Assembly (NCBI GenBank): GCA_963727865.1
Contig: CAVSHY010000011.1
Span: 4,161-68,160 of the forward strand
Reading direction: 5' to 3'
Length of the DNA stretch: 64,000 nt
Source: an uncultured delta proteobacterium
GTDB lineage: Bacteria > Desulfobacterota > GWC2-55-46
Shown here: piece by piece, positions 28,280-39,385 of the stretch
Layout: the number at the start of each line of letters is the position of its first letter
Position numbering within the stretch: the stretch's first letter is position 1
Notes under the pieces: generated by a model
Databases searched by the model: none
What the model saw: only the letters and a program-made list of their open reading frames with translations
What the model was told of the DNA's origin: nothing
Program-made: the position numbers and the translations under genes

Positions 28280-29220
28280 CTTCCGAGTATCTTTCTTACC
28301 GTAAATATCGGTTTACCCTGCGATTCGTGGTAGACCCTCGCGAGCATCTCGCCAAGAAGGCCCATGATAACGAGTTGCACCCCTAATATTATAAGAAGAA
28401 CCCCGAGGAAAAGAAGCGGTCTTCCGCCTATATCCTGCCCCATGACTATCTTCTCGAAGCTTAAATACAGGGAGATAAGAAACCCTATAAACCCCAGAAG
28501 AAGGCCGCCGGGGCCGAAAGCCTGGATCGGGCGCGTCGAGAAACTTTGAAGGAACTTGACGGTAATGAGGTCAAGGGTGACCCTTACGGTCCTTGAGATC
28601 CCGTACTTCGAACGGCCGAACTTTCTGGGGTGATGCGCGGTCTCGGCCTCGGTTATCGTAGCCCCGACCCAGCTCGCCAGCGCCGGTATGAACCGGTGCA
28701 TCTCCCCGTAGAGTTTGACGTTCTTAATGACTTCTTTCCTGTAAGCCTTAAGTGTGCAGCCGTAGTCATGCAAATATACGCCCGTTACCTTTGAGATCAG
28801 CCAGTTCGCGGCCATGGAAGGGAGCCTGCGGGAAAGGAATTTGTCTTTCCTGTTCTTCCTCCAGCCGCTTACGACGTCATAGCCCTTTATCTTCTCCAGA
28901 AGTAACGGTATATCCCCGGGGTCGTTCTGAAGGTCCGCGTCCATCGTCACTATGATATCATTTTTAGCGTACTCGAAACCCGCCGCCATGGCCGCGGTCT
29001 GTCCGAAGTTTCTTCTGAAGGATATAACAACCACCCTATCGTCCTTCTTCTGTATGCCTTCGAGCACGCTGAAAGTCGCGTCTTTACTGCCGTCGTCAAT
29101 AAAAATTATCTCATACTCGCGTTCCAGCCTCTCCATTACTTCCTTTATCGACTTATAGAGAAGCGGCAGGCTCTCTTCTTCCTCGTACACAGGTATTATT
29201 ATGGAAACAGCCTCTTCCAC
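28276..29220 (-). CDS. GT2 polyprenol-phosphate glycosyltransferase (ArnC-like)
   Basis: DDGSKD, RRNFGQTAAM, DADLQNDP, HRFIP, two C-terminal TM helices. Confidence 0.88.
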   Translation of the reverse strand: MEEAVSIIIPVYEEEESLPLLYKSIKEVMERLEREYEIIFIDDGSKDATFSVLEGIQKKDDRVVVISFRRNFGQTAAMAAGFEYAKNDIIVTMDADLQNDPGDIPLLLEKIKGYDVVSGWRKNRKDKFLSRRLPSMAANWLISKVTGVYLHDYGCTLKAYRKEVIKNVKLYGEMHRFIPALASWVGATITEAETAHHPRKFGRSKYGISRTVRVTLDLITVKFLQSFSTRPIQAFGPGGLLLGFIGFLISLYLSFEKIVMGQDIGGRPLLFLGVLLIILGVQLVIMGLLGEMLARVYHESQGKPIFTVRKILGR

Positions 29221-29369
29221 CGAACCTCCGGAAAATCCCTATTTTGCCATTGGCCGTTAAAGACACCGGTCCCGCGGCTAAACGTTTTATTTTACCCTTT
29301 TCGAGAGCAATATTCCAGAGTTATATCTCAAAACATAAGCATATTTCCTAATAAGGATATCTCGGCTTC

Positions 29370-29942
29370 TCATTCCACAAAAGGCCTCTTTTCCCCGTAT
29401 TTTTCGACAAAAGGCCGGAAATATCTTGTGTCCGCCTCTGAAACGATCAGGGCGATCCCGGTTCCAATGACGGCGCCCGCAAGTACGTCAGCGGGATAAT
29501 GAACCCCGTCATAAACCCTCGAATACGCCACCAGGACGGCGACAGTCAGGAACGCGGGCCAGTACCTTTTATATCTCAGCGAGAGGAATACCATGGCGGC
29601 GAATATGTTACCAGCGTGATTGGATGGAAGGGAATAGGAAGTCCCGCAGCCGACGAGAAGCCTCACGCCCTCAAGGGCGTGACAGGGCCGTACTCTCATA
29701 AAGGCGTGCTTCAGGAGATTACAGACGAGATCGCTCGATAGAACCGTAAAGGCCAGCAAAATAAGCCCCCACCTGTCTTTTCTTTTGCCGAGTATGGCGA
29801 TGAGAGCGGCGGCGAGTATGACTACGCCGGCAAAGTTCTGCTTATTAGTAATAAAGATCATAAACGAGTCGAGAAATGGAGCGGTAAGCGACCCGTTAAT
29901 AACATGGAATAACGCCTTATCAAACCCCGCGATCGTATCCAT
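29370..29942 (-). CDS. PAP2 family membrane phosphatase (LpxE/UppP-like)
   Basis: KHAFMRVRP, SLPSNHA, SRVYDGVHYPADV. Confidence 0.85.
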   Translation of the reverse strand: MDTIAGFDKALFHVINGSLTAPFLDSFMIFITNKQNFAGVVILAAALIAILGKRKDRWGLILLAFTVLSSDLVCNLLKHAFMRVRPCHALEGVRLLVGCGTSYSLPSNHAGNIFAAMVFLSLRYKRYWPAFLTVAVLVAYSRVYDGVHYPADVLAGAVIGTGIALIVSEADTRYFRPFVEKYGEKRPFVE

Positions 29943-29948
29943 TATTCT

Positions 29949-30971
29949 TTATTTTGACACCCTTAATACCGCCTCAAAAACATCCTCAACGGTTATTTCC
30001 TTCATACATTTCGCGTCCGCGCATTTTTTTCTGAAACACGGACTGCAGTCAAGGCCTTTTCTTATTACAATATGATTCCCCCCGTACGGACCGGTCCTCC
30101 ACGGAGCCGTGGGCCCGAAAAGGGCTATGACCCTGGCTCCTGCCGCGGCGGCTATGTGCATGGGCCCGGAATCGATGGAGACCACAAACCTGGAAAGCCC
30201 GAATAAAGCCGCAAGCTCCATCAGGTCGATCTCTCCGGCCAGGCTTACGGCGCTGCCGCCGATCCCGGCCCTCAGGGCGGCAATCTCTTTTCTATCGTTT
30301 TCCCCGCCTACAAGGACCGGTATAAGGCGCGACTTTTCAGAAATTTTTTTCGCCTGCTCCACGAACTTACTATCGTTCCAGAGCTTGGTCTCCCACCTCG
30401 CGCGGGTTACCATTACAAAAAAAGGGGTCTCTTTCGTAATGCCGTGTTTTTGAAGTTTCTTAATGACCCTTTCCTTGACATCTTCTCCCTGGCCGAGGAA
30501 AACCGACCTTGTGCCGGGGACCCCCCCGGCGAAGCGCGCAAGGTCAAGGTACCTTTCAACCGCGTGTTTTTCAGGGTCATAGGGCGGGAGTTTTTCGTTG
30601 AGGAAAATATGGCTCATCTCCCTCGCGTTTGCAAAGCCGATGCGCCTTTTCCCTCCCGAGAGCATTACCCATACGCCGCTTTTTAAAAGCCCCTGGAAAT
30701 CGAGCGTCATGTCGTAGCGCCTGGAAAAAAGGAGCCTCGCGATCCTCATATTCTCCACGGCATTCTTAAGCCAGCCGCGGTTTTTAACCACTATTACATT
30801 ATCGATGAGTGGGTTATTTTTTAAAACGCCGCTCGCCGCCTCTTCAACGAGCCAGTCGACCTCGGCCTTTATCCCTTTTTCCTCAAAACCCTTTCTCAAG
30901 GCGTAAAGCGCCGGAAGCGTATGGACGACATCGCCTATGGAAGACAATTTTATGATTAATACCTTCATCAA
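29949..30971 (-). CDS. waaC: LPS heptosyltransferase I (GT9)
   Basis: IIKLSSIGDVVHTLPAL, DWLVEE, DFQGLLKSG, DSGPMHIAAA, TGPYG. Confidence 0.85.
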   Translation of the reverse strand: MMKVLIIKLSSIGDVVHTLPALYALRKGFEEKGIKAEVDWLVEEAASGVLKNNPLIDNVIVVKNRGWLKNAVENMRIARLLFSRRYDMTLDFQGLLKSGVWVMLSGGKRRIGFANAREMSHIFLNEKLPPYDPEKHAVERYLDLARFAGGVPGTRSVFLGQGEDVKERVIKKLQKHGITKETPFFVMVTRARWETKLWNDSKFVEQAKKISEKSRLIPVLVGGENDRKEIAALRAGIGGSAVSLAGEIDLMELAALFGLSRFVVSIDSGPMHIAAAAGARVIALFGPTAPWRTGPYGGNHIVIRKGLDCSPCFRKKCADAKCMKEITVEDVFEAVLRVSK

Positions 30972-30974
30972 AAG

Positions 30975-31604
30975 TTATTTACGGGGCCCCTGCCGGGTCC
31001 TCCTGCCGTCCCCCTTACCCCCTGCCTTTAAATCATCGATTATCCATTCGACGGCTTCTAAAATGTCTTCGGCGGCACAATCGGGGGGGACAGGCATAGC
31101 CTTTAACTCTTCTCCCCCATAACCTGTCATGACAAGCACCCCTTTGGAACCAGCATTCCTTGCCATCTCTATATCAGTTTTCTTGTCTCCCACGACATAG
31201 GAACGGCTTAAATCTATCGAGTGCTCAAGAGAAGCCTTTTTTAGAAGGCCGGCCCTGGGCTTCCTGCATCCGCAGTTGTCCTCCGGGTGATGCGGACAAT
31301 AATATATGCCGTCCAGGCGTGCGCCATTTGAAGCGAGAATATCCGTAAGCCGCTTATTGATACCGGCCAGGTCCTTTTCAGTGAAATACCCCCTCCCCAC
31401 GCCCGACTGGTTGCTCACCACTATGACTTTCACGCCCTCAACATTTAGCCTTCTTATAGCTTCCGTGGCCCCTTTTATAAGGACGATATCATCGGGTTTT
31501 GAGAGGTATCCCGTATCCTCATTTATGGTGCCGTCCCTGTCGAGGAAAACGGCCCCTCCCGCGGTTCCTTTATTTGATTTACGCATTTTCCGCACCTGTT
31601 CCAT
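30975..31604 (-). CDS. gmhB: D,D-heptose 1,7-bisphosphate phosphatase
   Basis: FLDRDGTIN, VSNQSGVGRG, CPHHPEDNCGCRKP, VGDK. True start may be a few codons downstream. Confidence 0.92.
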   Translation of the reverse strand: MEQVRKMRKSNKGTAGGAVFLDRDGTINEDTGYLSKPDDIVLIKGATEAIRRLNVEGVKVIVVSNQSGVGRGYFTEKDLAGINKRLTDILASNGARLDGIYYCPHHPEDNCGCRKPRAGLLKKASLEHSIDLSRSYVVGDKKTDIEMARNAGSKGVLVMTGYGGEELKAMPVPPDCAAEDILEAVEWIIDDLKAGGKGDGRRTRQGPRK

Positions 31605-32656
31605 TCATTAAAGACCGTGCGGCGAGAAACACCTCTTGAGGTTCGATGGAGCACAGGCACTTATAATGGCCGTAACGGCAGGTACTGTCAAAACATGGGC
31701 TGCAGTCTATCTTTTTAATCATTACCTTTGTGGTTTTGCCGAGCGGACCAGTGAGCGTCGGGTCCGTGGAGCCGAAAATGGCCAGGGTCGGAACGCCAAG
31801 GGCCGCGCTTATATGCATCGGCCCGGAGTCGTTGGTTATAAAGACCTTGAGCCTGCTCAACAGGGCCATGAATTGCCTTAAAGTAACAGAACCCGCGAGA
31901 TTGAGATGTTTTGACCGCATCAACCGGGAGACCTCCCCGCATATTTCCGCGTCCTCAAGTCCCTCCGAAGATTATAGGAACGGCTTTGCCCTTAAAAGCG
32001 TCTGAAAGCGTCTTGAGCGCCGAGAGCGAACTTCTCCGCCCCCCACCGTTTCGCCGGCCCATAGCTCGCTCCGGGGGCCGCGCCAAAAAGAACCGCCCCT
32101 TTCAGACCGTTCTTCCTTATAAATTCATCCGCCCAGGCCGCTTCATCACCGCTAATGTAAATGCGCGGGACGGGAGACAGGGAAACGAGGGAAGCGGCGG
32201 CGCCGAGTTTCTCCACAATATTAAGATAGTAAAAAACCTGGTGTCTTCTTTTTATCTCCCCGGTTACGCGTATCGCCTTCGTGAGAAGCCCGGACCGGAG
32301 ATCCCTCGCGTAGCCCACCCTTTCCGGTATACGGGCGGTAAAGGCGAGGAACGCGGCGTCAAAGGCATTCTGGAAAAGCACCGCCAGGTCGAACCCGCTC
32401 TCCTTCAGCTCTCCAGCCAGCCGTGAGCCTCCCTCTTGAGGCCCCTATGCCTCGATTTGTCCTCATACTCGATAATGTCTTTGACGTCAGGGTTATTCTC
32501 AAATATCCCGATCGAACGGCCCTTGGTCAAAACAGTTATCCCTGAAGAGGGAAAGAGTCTCTTAAGGCTTGCGAGCGCCGGCAGGCACATAACCGAATCA
32601 CCGATCCAGTTTGGCGCCCTGACGAGAATCCTTCTTATTTCTTTGCCGGAAGCCAT
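31579..32656 (-). CDS. waaF: LPS heptosyltransferase II, broken into three frames by several single-base insertions
   Basis: RAPNWIGDSVM (fragment 1), FQNAF...GAAPGASYGPAKRW (fragment 2), TNDSGPMHISAALG...FGSTDP (fragment 3). Confidence 0.85.
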
Positions 32657-32804
32657 CTAATAGATATTTTCCAAATTTGCGCGCCTTTACGCAGGCGGAT
32701 AGATAAATCAACCGGCCCTCGATCACACTTTTAATTTTCTAATATATTGGCTATATTGTCAATTTAATTGAGATTATATGAGGGATACCGGGGTTCGGGA
32801 AAAC

Positions 32805-33407
32805 CTAAAAACAGGTTATGCGCCTGCCTCCTGGCCCGATGATCTCTTCGACCTTTCTCATGAGCGCAAGCTTGCCTTCGCCGGTAACGGAGGAAAAAAG
32901 CACGGGATGATCGATGGAAATAGCTCTTTTTATGAGGGCGACCCTTGAGGAGAGTTGATTTCTGGAGAGCTTGTCGATCTTTGTAAAGACCGTAATGACG
33001 GGCAGGCGTAACCCTGAGACCCACTTAAAAAGAAACTCTTCCATATCTCCCGCGTCTCTTCTGGGATCGAGGATAACAAGGGCGCCGGCCAGGGTTTCGC
33101 GTTCTTTTAGGTACTTGACTGTCATACGCTCCCAGTCCTTCTTCTCCGAGACGGATACTTTTGCGTATCCGAAGCCCGGAAGGTCGACAAAATAGAAAGA
33201 GTTATTTATCCTGTAAAAGTTTATTATCCTGGTTTTTCCGGGCGTCGAACTTGTCTTGGCGAGGCCCTTCCTGTTTACGAAGGCGTTTATCAGAGAGGAT
33301 TTGCCGACGTTGCTCCTTCCTATAAGGGCGACCTCGGGGAGGCCGTCTTTCGGATACTGAGCGCTTCTTACCGCGCTTGTCACGAATTCCGCCGATATTA
33401 TCTTCAT
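32805..33407 (-). CDS. engB: Ribosome biogenesis GTPase YihA/YsxC
   Basis: GRSNVGKSSLIN, TSSTPGKT, DLPGFG, TKIDK. Confidence 0.95.
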   Translation of the reverse strand: MKIISAEFVTSAVRSAQYPKDGLPEVALIGRSNVGKSSLINAFVNRKGLAKTSSTPGKTRIINFYRINNSFYFVDLPGFGYAKVSVSEKKDWERMTVKYLKERETLAGALVILDPRRDAGDMEEFLFKWVSGLRLPVITVFTKIDKLSRNQLSSRVALIKRAISIDHPVLFSSVTGEGKLALMRKVEEIIGPGGRRITCF

Positions 33408-33436
33408 TTGCCGGTAAAACGCGGCAGCCCGGGAAA

Positions 33437-35224
33437 TCAGGTTACCGTGATAACCTCCTCATAAGTGGTAAGCCCCTGAAGCATCTTTCTCACGGCGGAC
33501 TCCCTCAGAGACGAGGCGCCTTCAGCCCTCGCGGCCTTTTCGATCAGGGCCACGTCCGCTGTGCCGGCTATCACGGACTTTACCTTCGGTGAAAAATTCA
33601 TCACCTCGAATACCCCTGTCCTTCCCCTGTACCCCGTCCCCCTGCACTCCGCGCACCCCTCGCCGTACCAGACGGTATATTCCCTCGGCTTAAGCCTTAA
33701 ATTTTCCATCTCATCCGGCTTAAGCGTCCTCGGCTTTTTGCACTGGACGCAGATCTTTCTTACAAGCCTCTGGGCGAGAATCCCTATGACGGTTGAATTT
33801 ATGAGGAATGTAGGGACCCCGAGGTCCATGAGCCGCGTGACCGAAGACGAAGCGTCGTTCGTATGAAGCGTTGAGAAGACCAGATGCCCTGTCAAGGCGG
33901 CCTGTACGGCGTTATTCGCGGTTTCCTTGTCCCTTATCTCTCCCACCATTATTATGTCCGGGTCCTGGCGGAGGATGGTCCTCAAGCTGCCCGCGAAGTC
34001 GACGCCTATCTGGGGCTGGACCCCGACCTGGTTGAATTCCTCGACGACCATTTCGATGGGGTCCTCAATGGTCACGATATTCACTTCAGGGGTAGAGAGG
34101 GCCTTCAGCGCCGAATAAAGGGTCGTTGTCTTTCCGCTTCCCGTAGGGCCGGTCACAAGGATAATGCCGTAAGTCCTTTTAAGAAAGGAACTGAAGGCCT
34201 CAAATTCCCTGGGCAGGAACCCCAGGCCCATGAGATCCTGAAAAAGCACATCGGGGTCGAATATCCGTATGACGACCTTCTCTCCAAAGGCCGTAGGCAG
34301 GGTCGATACCCTGAGCTCTATTTCCTTCTCCTTGAAAGCGGTTTTTATCCTTCCGTCCTGGGGTTTTCTCTTCTCCGCTATGTCCATCCTGGAGAGCATC
34401 TTTATCCTTGAAATAATCGAAGGGTGGACCGCCTTCGGGATGGTGTGTATGTAATGGAGGATCCCGTCTATGCGGAGCCTTACAAGGGAATTATTCCTCT
34501 TCGGCTCAATGTGAATATCGCTCGCCCTCTGGTCATAGGCGTAGTGGAGGAGGTACTCTACGGCGTTTACTATGTGCTGGTCCGTTGCGTCGAGCTCGAC
34601 AGAGCCCTTGAGCCTTACATACTGCTCGAGGTTCCCGATCTCGCTTGACGCGGCGAATTCCTTTTCAGCCGCCCCCACCGAGTAGCGGAAACCGTAAAAC
34701 TCCCTTACGATCTTAAGTATATCGGTCTTTGAGCAGAGGACGAGACTTAAGTTCATCTTCCTTGTGCTCTTTAGGTTCTCCACGGCCTCAAGGTTAAACG
34801 GGTCCGCCACGGCCAGCGTTATTACGCCGTTTTTCTCTTCGATGGGGACGACCAGATGCCTCTGGGCAAAGGGCCTCGGGATGTATGAGGTCACGACGTC
34901 GAGATTCAGCTTCAGCGGGTCTATCTTCCTGTAAGGAAGGCCCGCATCGGAGGCGAGCGCCTCGGTTATGATATCCTCGGTAAGGGGTTTTTTCTCCTCG
35001 CCGGTCGTAAGGTTCATCGAAGCGATGACTTCCGCGGGCATGACCGATTCCACAAAGGTATGGAGCTTCTTTGAGGAATAGAACGATTCATGCGATTTTT
35101 TAAGCCGCGCCTTCTGGGCTTCCCCTTTGATAAGGATCTCCTTCTCCTCGTTCCCGGTTATAAGCCCGCTTTTTTTGAGAACCGCGGCCACGTACTCTAT
35201 TGTCAGTTCTTTTTTCCCGGTCAT
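33437..35224 (-). CDS. GspE/PulE/PilB family secretion or pilus assembly ATPase
   Basis: ASDIHIEP, PQDGR, GPTGSGKTT, TIEDPIE, LRQDPDIIMVGEIRD, STLHTN, Zn CxxC pairs; start reassigned to MTGKK 35224. Confidence 0.9.
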   Translation of the reverse strand: MTGKKELTIEYVAAVLKKSGLITGNEEKEILIKGEAQKARLKKSHESFYSSKKLHTFVESVMPAEVIASMNLTTGEEKKPLTEDIITEALASDAGLPYRKIDPLKLNLDVVTSYIPRPFAQRHLVVPIEEKNGVITLAVADPFNLEAVENLKSTRKMNLSLVLCSKTDILKIVREFYGFRYSVGAAEKEFAASSEIGNLEQYVRLKGSVELDATDQHIVNAVEYLLHYAYDQRASDIHIEPKRNNSLVRLRIDGILHYIHTIPKAVHPSIISRIKMLSRMDIAEKRKPQDGRIKTAFKEKEIELRVSTLPTAFGEKVVIRIFDPDVLFQDLMGLGFLPREFEAFSSFLKRTYGIILVTGPTGSGKTTTLYSALKALSTPEVNIVTIEDPIEMVVEEFNQVGVQPQIGVDFAGSLRTILRQDPDIIMVGEIRDKETANNAVQAALTGHLVFSTLHTNDASSSVTRLMDLGVPTFLINSTVIGILAQRLVRKICVQCKKPRTLKPDEMENLRLKPREYTVWYGEGCAECRGTGYRGRTGVFEVMNFSPKVKSVIAGTADVALIEKAARAEGASSLRESAVRKMLQGLTTYEEVITVT

Positions 35225-35243
35225 ATCAGGGTATATCCCCATG

Positions 35244-35471
35244 TTACTGCGGTTTATCCGTTCCTTCAGAGATTTCTTTCTCCCTGAGAATAGCCTCAAG
35301 GACGGATTCCAAGAGCTTATTGGTTTTTTCCTGCTCTTCTATGGACTTTCTTACAAGCTCCTTTATGCCGAAGATGGAAAAAGGCAGAGCTATCCAAAGG
35401 ACAATAAGTACCGCTATGGATACGGTAAAAAAAATGGCGAAAGCGCCTAATATTATGAAAAAAATGTCCAT
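35244..35471 (-). CDS. Small membrane protein
   Basis: Hydrophobic N-terminus plus coiled coil (LPFSIFGIK...IEEQEKTNKLLE); fills the gap between hisS and the ATPase. Confidence 0.55.
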   Translation of the reverse strand: MDIFFIILGAFAIFFTVSIAVLIVLWIALPFSIFGIKELVRKSIEEQEKTNKLLESVLEAILREKEISEGTDKPQ

Positions 35472-35481
35472 TTGCCCGCCG

Positions 35482-36725
35482 TTACCTGGCCTCAATCCTG
35501 TCCGGAACAAACTCCCATGAGAGTCTTTCCTGCCCGGCCGTTGACATGTCTTTTATTGTGACTTCCCCGGCCTTAAGCTCGTCCGAACCGAGTATAAGAA
35601 CAAATCCGGCGCCCAGCTTATCCGCCCGCTTCATCCTGCTCTTAAGCGTCCCCCCGGAAAAATCCTCGATTATCTTAAGCCCCCTCTCCCTCCATGCCCT
35701 TAAGAGCTCGACGCCTTTTTCTTCAGCTTCCGCGCCCAGGGCTATGAATACGCTTAAAGGCTTTTTCCTGAAGACCCCGTTCTCCCTGATGAGAAGGGCG
35801 ACGCGTTCCATCCCTATCGCGAACCCGAAGCATGGTGTCATGGGGCCTCCGAGCTCGCCGACAAGCCCGTCGTACCTCCCCCAGCGGCTACCGCGTTCTG
35901 CGAGCCGAGGCCGGTGGAAGTAATCTCAAAGGTCGTCTTCGTGTAGTAATCGAGCCCCCTTACCATCCTCGGATTTATGGTAAAATCGATATTCAGGCGC
36001 TTAAGCAGGGACCGCACTTTCGCGAAATGTTCCGAGCAAACGGCGCAGAGGGAATCGATTATTGAAGGGGACTCGCGTGTCGCCTCGATGCATCCTGGGT
36101 TCTTGCAGTCGAGGGCGCGGAGCGGGTTTGTTTCTATCCGCCTTACGCAGTTATCGCATAACATGACTTTTCCCCCGAGCAGGAAGGAATATAACTTCTC
36201 CTTATAAACTGGCCTGCAGTCCGGGCACCCGAGCGAATTGATCTCAAGCTTAATCTCCTTGAGACCTATCCTTTCAAAGAACCTCATGAGCATCTCGATC
36301 GATTCCGCGTCCGTGCCCGGGGAGCTATCGCCCAGGACCTCGGCGCCTATCTGGTAAAACTGGCGGTACCTTCCCTTCTGAGGCCTCTCGTAACGGAACA
36401 TCGGGCCGGTATAGTAAAACTTGGCAAGGGGGGAGGCGTAAAGTTTATGTTCAATATACGCGCGCACGACAGGGGCCGTGCCTTCCGGCCTTAAGGTCAG
36501 GGAATCCCCGTTACGGTCGAGAAAAATGTACATCTCCTTTTCCACGATATCGGTCGTTTCGCCTATGCTTCTTGAAAAAAGTTCAGTCCTCTCGACTATG
36601 GGCGCCTTTATCTCTGAAAAACCATAGCCCGAGAAGACCCTGAATGACTCTTCTTCCATGTATCTCCAGATCTCGGCCTCTTCCGGGAGGATATCGTTAA
36701 AACCTCTTACGCTCGCTATGCTCAT
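35482..36725 (-). CDS. hisS: Histidine--tRNA ligase, frameshifted at 35878-35882
   Basis: RGFNDILP, TDIVEKEMY, LRPEGTA, FRYERPQKGRYRQF, VRGLDYY; the GGRYDGL motif is split by one missing G; anticodon domain lies in 35482-35841. Confidence 0.93.
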
Positions 36726-36734
36726 ATTAGAGTC

Positions 36735-37004
36735 TTATGACCCCGCCTTCCTTTTTTTATCGAAAAGCCCCGCTCTCAGGTCTTTAAGGATCGCGATATG
36801 CTGCTCCCGCATTATCTCCTTTACAACCCTGTTAAGTTCATCTGATTTTATGATGTCCGCGTAGCTGGTCCTTTTTACGGCAAGTATCGTGCCGTCTTTA
36901 AAAAGGAGCGTCGTGATTACGGGATTACTCTTACCGCCGTCTTCCGTCTGGACGTGATACGTCTCGCCGTTATGATTCACGTTTTGATTATATCCGAAGT
37001 TCAT
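36735..37004 (-). CDS. Conserved hypothetical protein
   Basis: GYNQNVNHNGETYHVQTED...KRTSYADII...MREQH; 10 nt upstream of hisS. Confidence 0.7.
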   Translation of the reverse strand: MNFGYNQNVNHNGETYHVQTEDGGKSNPVITTLLFKDGTILAVKRTSYADIIKSDELNRVVKEIMREQHIAILKDLRAGLFDKKRKAGS

Positions 37005-37085
37005 GGGCTTTTTCTTGTCCCGGCCATTAAGAATAATTTTTAACACATCCAAAGGTTTTATGCAAGTAAGCGCAGGCCGCCCCAC

Positions 37086-37114
37086 TTGACACGGTAAGTA
37101 TGTTAAGGTAATCT
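37086..37114 (+). promoter_or_regulatory. sigma70-like promoter of acs
   Basis: TTGACA-N17-TAATCT. Confidence 0.5.
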
Positions 37115-37137
37115 TTTATAGCGGATTTTAGTGAGGA

Positions 37138-37306
37138 TTGAAGCTCCCCGCAGCAAGCTGCGGGGAATCTTCCAAATGTAAGTTTTTTCAGAGTCCTTTA
37201 TGGAGAACCTGAAAATAAGCGGCGTCTCGCGCAGGACTTTAAAAATTCTATTCGCTCGCTTGACCCCGCTGCAAGCAGCGGGCAGGGCGCTCGCGTTGCA
37301 TTTTCC
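37138..37306 (+). mobile_element. Palindromic element copy D, one internal module
   Basis: TTGA|AGCTCCCCGCAGCAAGCTGCGGGGAATC...TTTTCAGAGTCCT...AGGACTTTAAAA...GCATTTTCC. Confidence 0.82.
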
Positions 37307-37330
37307 ACTGTTTACATAAGGAGGCCCGCT

Positions 37331-39313
37331 TTGCCGAAGAACAAGGTCGAAGAGACTATAGAAGTCCTGATGTCCGAAAAAAGGTTGTTCCCGCCCTCTC
37401 CTGAGTTTAAAAAAAGCGCTTATATTAAAGGGATGGAAGAGTATAACTCCCTTTACAGGGAATCCATTGAGGAGATGGAAGGTTTCTGGAACCGGATGGC
37501 GGGGATCGTGGACTGGGATAAAAAATGGGATAAGGTCGTGGAATGGGACTTCCACAAACCATCCATAAAGTGGTTCATCAACGGGAAACTTAACGCCGCG
37601 TATAACTGCGTCGACCGCCACCTGAGCACATGGAGGAGGAACAAGGCGGCGATCATATGGGAAGGCGACGACGGGACTTACAGGACTTATACATACCAGC
37701 AGCTCTCCTATGAGGTAAACCGTTTTGCCAACGTGCTTAAGAAAAAAGGGGTAAAAAAAGGGGACAGGGTGACCATTTATCTCCCCATGATACCTGAACT
37801 CGCCATATCAATACTTGCCTGCGCGCGGCTCGGGGTTATTCACAGCGTGGTATTCGGGGGCTTCAGCCCCTCTTCCTTAAAGGACAGGATTAACGACTCG
37901 TCATCAAGGCTTGTAATCACGTCAGATAACGGCGTACGGGGCGGGAGACTCGTCCCGATGAAGGAAAACTGCGACGCGGCCCTTGAGGATTGCCCTACGG
38001 TTGAGAAGGTAATAGTCGTAAGGAGAACAGGCTCGGCCGTTACGATGAAAAGCGGAAGGGATACATGGTGGGACGCCGAGATTAACGCCACGGATATAAA
38101 TGACGTCTGCGACCCGGTGATTGTGGATTCCGAAGACCCGCTTTTCATACTTTATACGAGCGGCTCCACGGGAAAACCGAAGGGCGTCCTCCATACCACC
38201 GGCGGCTATCTCGTCTTCTGCGCCCTCACCTTCAAGTGGATATTCGATTACAAGGATGAAGATATCTTCTTCTGCACCGCCGATATAGGCTGGGTCACGG
38301 GCCACAGTTACATCCTCTACGGCCCGCTTGCCTGCGGCGCCACGAGCCTCATGTTCGAGGGTATACCGACATACCCGGACCCGGGGAGGTTCTGGGATAT
38401 AGTCGATAAGCACAAGGTCAATACCATATATACCGCTCCAACCGCCATAAGGGCGCTTATGAGATGCGGGGACAACTGGGTAAGAAAGCACGGCCTCGGG
38501 AGCCTCAAGCTCCTCGGCACCGTGGGGGAGCCGATAAACCCGGAGGCGTGGATGTGGTACCATACGGTCGTGGGGAAGGGCAAACTCCCGATAGTGGACA
38601 CATGGTGGCAGACAGAGACCGGCGGCATCCTTATAACGCCGCTTCCCGGAGCTACCACCCTTAAGCCCGGTTCGGCGACAAGGCCTTTTTTCGGTATAAA
38701 GCCCAAGGTCCTCAGGGAGGACGGGAAAGAGGCAAAAACAAACGAAGGCGGGTATCTTGTCATAGAGAAACCGTGGCCGGGGATGATCCGCGGCACATAC
38801 GGCGACACTGAGAATAAGAGGATAAAAGAGGTCTACTTCAGCAGGTTCCCCGGTTATTACCTGACCGGAGACGGCGCACGTGTCGACGAAGACGGGGACT
38901 ACTGGCTTATGGGACGCATAGATGACGTCCTTAACGTCTCCGGCCACAGGCTCGGGACCGCGGAGATAGAAAGCGCGCTGGTATCCATGGAGGCGGTAGC
39001 CGAGGCCGCGGTAGTCGGCTTCCCCCATGAAGTGAAAGGCGAAGGCATATACGCATTCGTGGTCCTTAAAGAAGGCGTCAATCCATCTCCTCAGATTGTG
39101 AAGGAACTGGAAGAACACGTCAAAAAAGTGATAAGCCCCATCGCCAAACCCGATAAGATCCAGCTCACAACAGGGCTTCCCAAGACCCGGAGCGGCAAGA
39201 TAATGCGCCGCATACTGAGAAAGATCGCTTCGGGACATACCGAAGACCTCGGTGACACTTCAACCCTCGCGGACCCGGGTATCGTCGACGTCCTCTTGAA
39301 GGAAAAGGTTTAA
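37331..39313 (+). CDS. acs: Acetyl-CoA synthetase
   Basis: [56 protein letters not shown]; AGGAGG before the TTG start. Confidence 0.97.
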   Translation: MPKNKVEETIEVLMSEKRLFPPSPEFKKSAYIKGMEEYNSLYRESIEEMEGFWNRMAGIVDWDKKWDKVVEWDFHKPSIKWFINGKLNAAYNCVDRHLSTWRRNKAAIIWEGDDGTYRTYTYQQLSYEVNRFANVLKKKGVKKGDRVTIYLPMIPELAISILACARLGVIHSVVFGGFSPSSLKDRINDSSSRLVITSDNGVRGGRLVPMKENCDAALEDCPTVEKVIVVRRTGSAVTMKSGRDTWWDAEINATDINDVCDPVIVDSEDPLFILYTSGSTGKPKGVLHTTGGYLVFCALTFKWIFDYKDEDIFFCTADIGWVTGHSYILYGPLACGATSLMFEGIPTYPDPGRFWDIVDKHKVNTIYTAPTAIRALMRCGDNWVRKHGLGSLKLLGTVGEPINPEAWMWYHTVVGKGKLPIVDTWWQTETGGILITPLPGATTLKPGSATRPFFGIKPKVLREDGKEAKTNEGGYLVIEKPWPGMIRGTYGDTENKRIKEVYFSRFPGYYLTGDGARVDEDGDYWLMGRIDDVLNVSGHRLGTAEIESALVSMEAVAEAAVVGFPHEVKGEGIYAFVVLKEGVNPSPQIVKELEEHVKKVISPIAKPDKIQLTTGLPKTRSGKIMRRILRKIASGHTEDLGDTSTLADPGIVDVLLKEKV

Positions 39314-39354
39314 CCGGCGCATCAGAACATTGCGCGGTAAGCCGGATCACATAT

Positions 39355-39385
39355 AAAAAAAACGGCCGGAGATATTCTCCGGCCG
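39355..39385 (-). terminator. Terminator between convergent acs and rpsU
   Basis: CGGCCGGAGA/TCTCCGGCCG stem with an A tract on its left. Confidence 0.7.

Noticed and set aside
35832-35900. Phase variation or programmed frameshift in hisS, rlmN or yicC
   Set aside because: The runs are only 3-5 nt and fall in catalytic motifs of housekeeping genes; sequencing error is more parsimonious.
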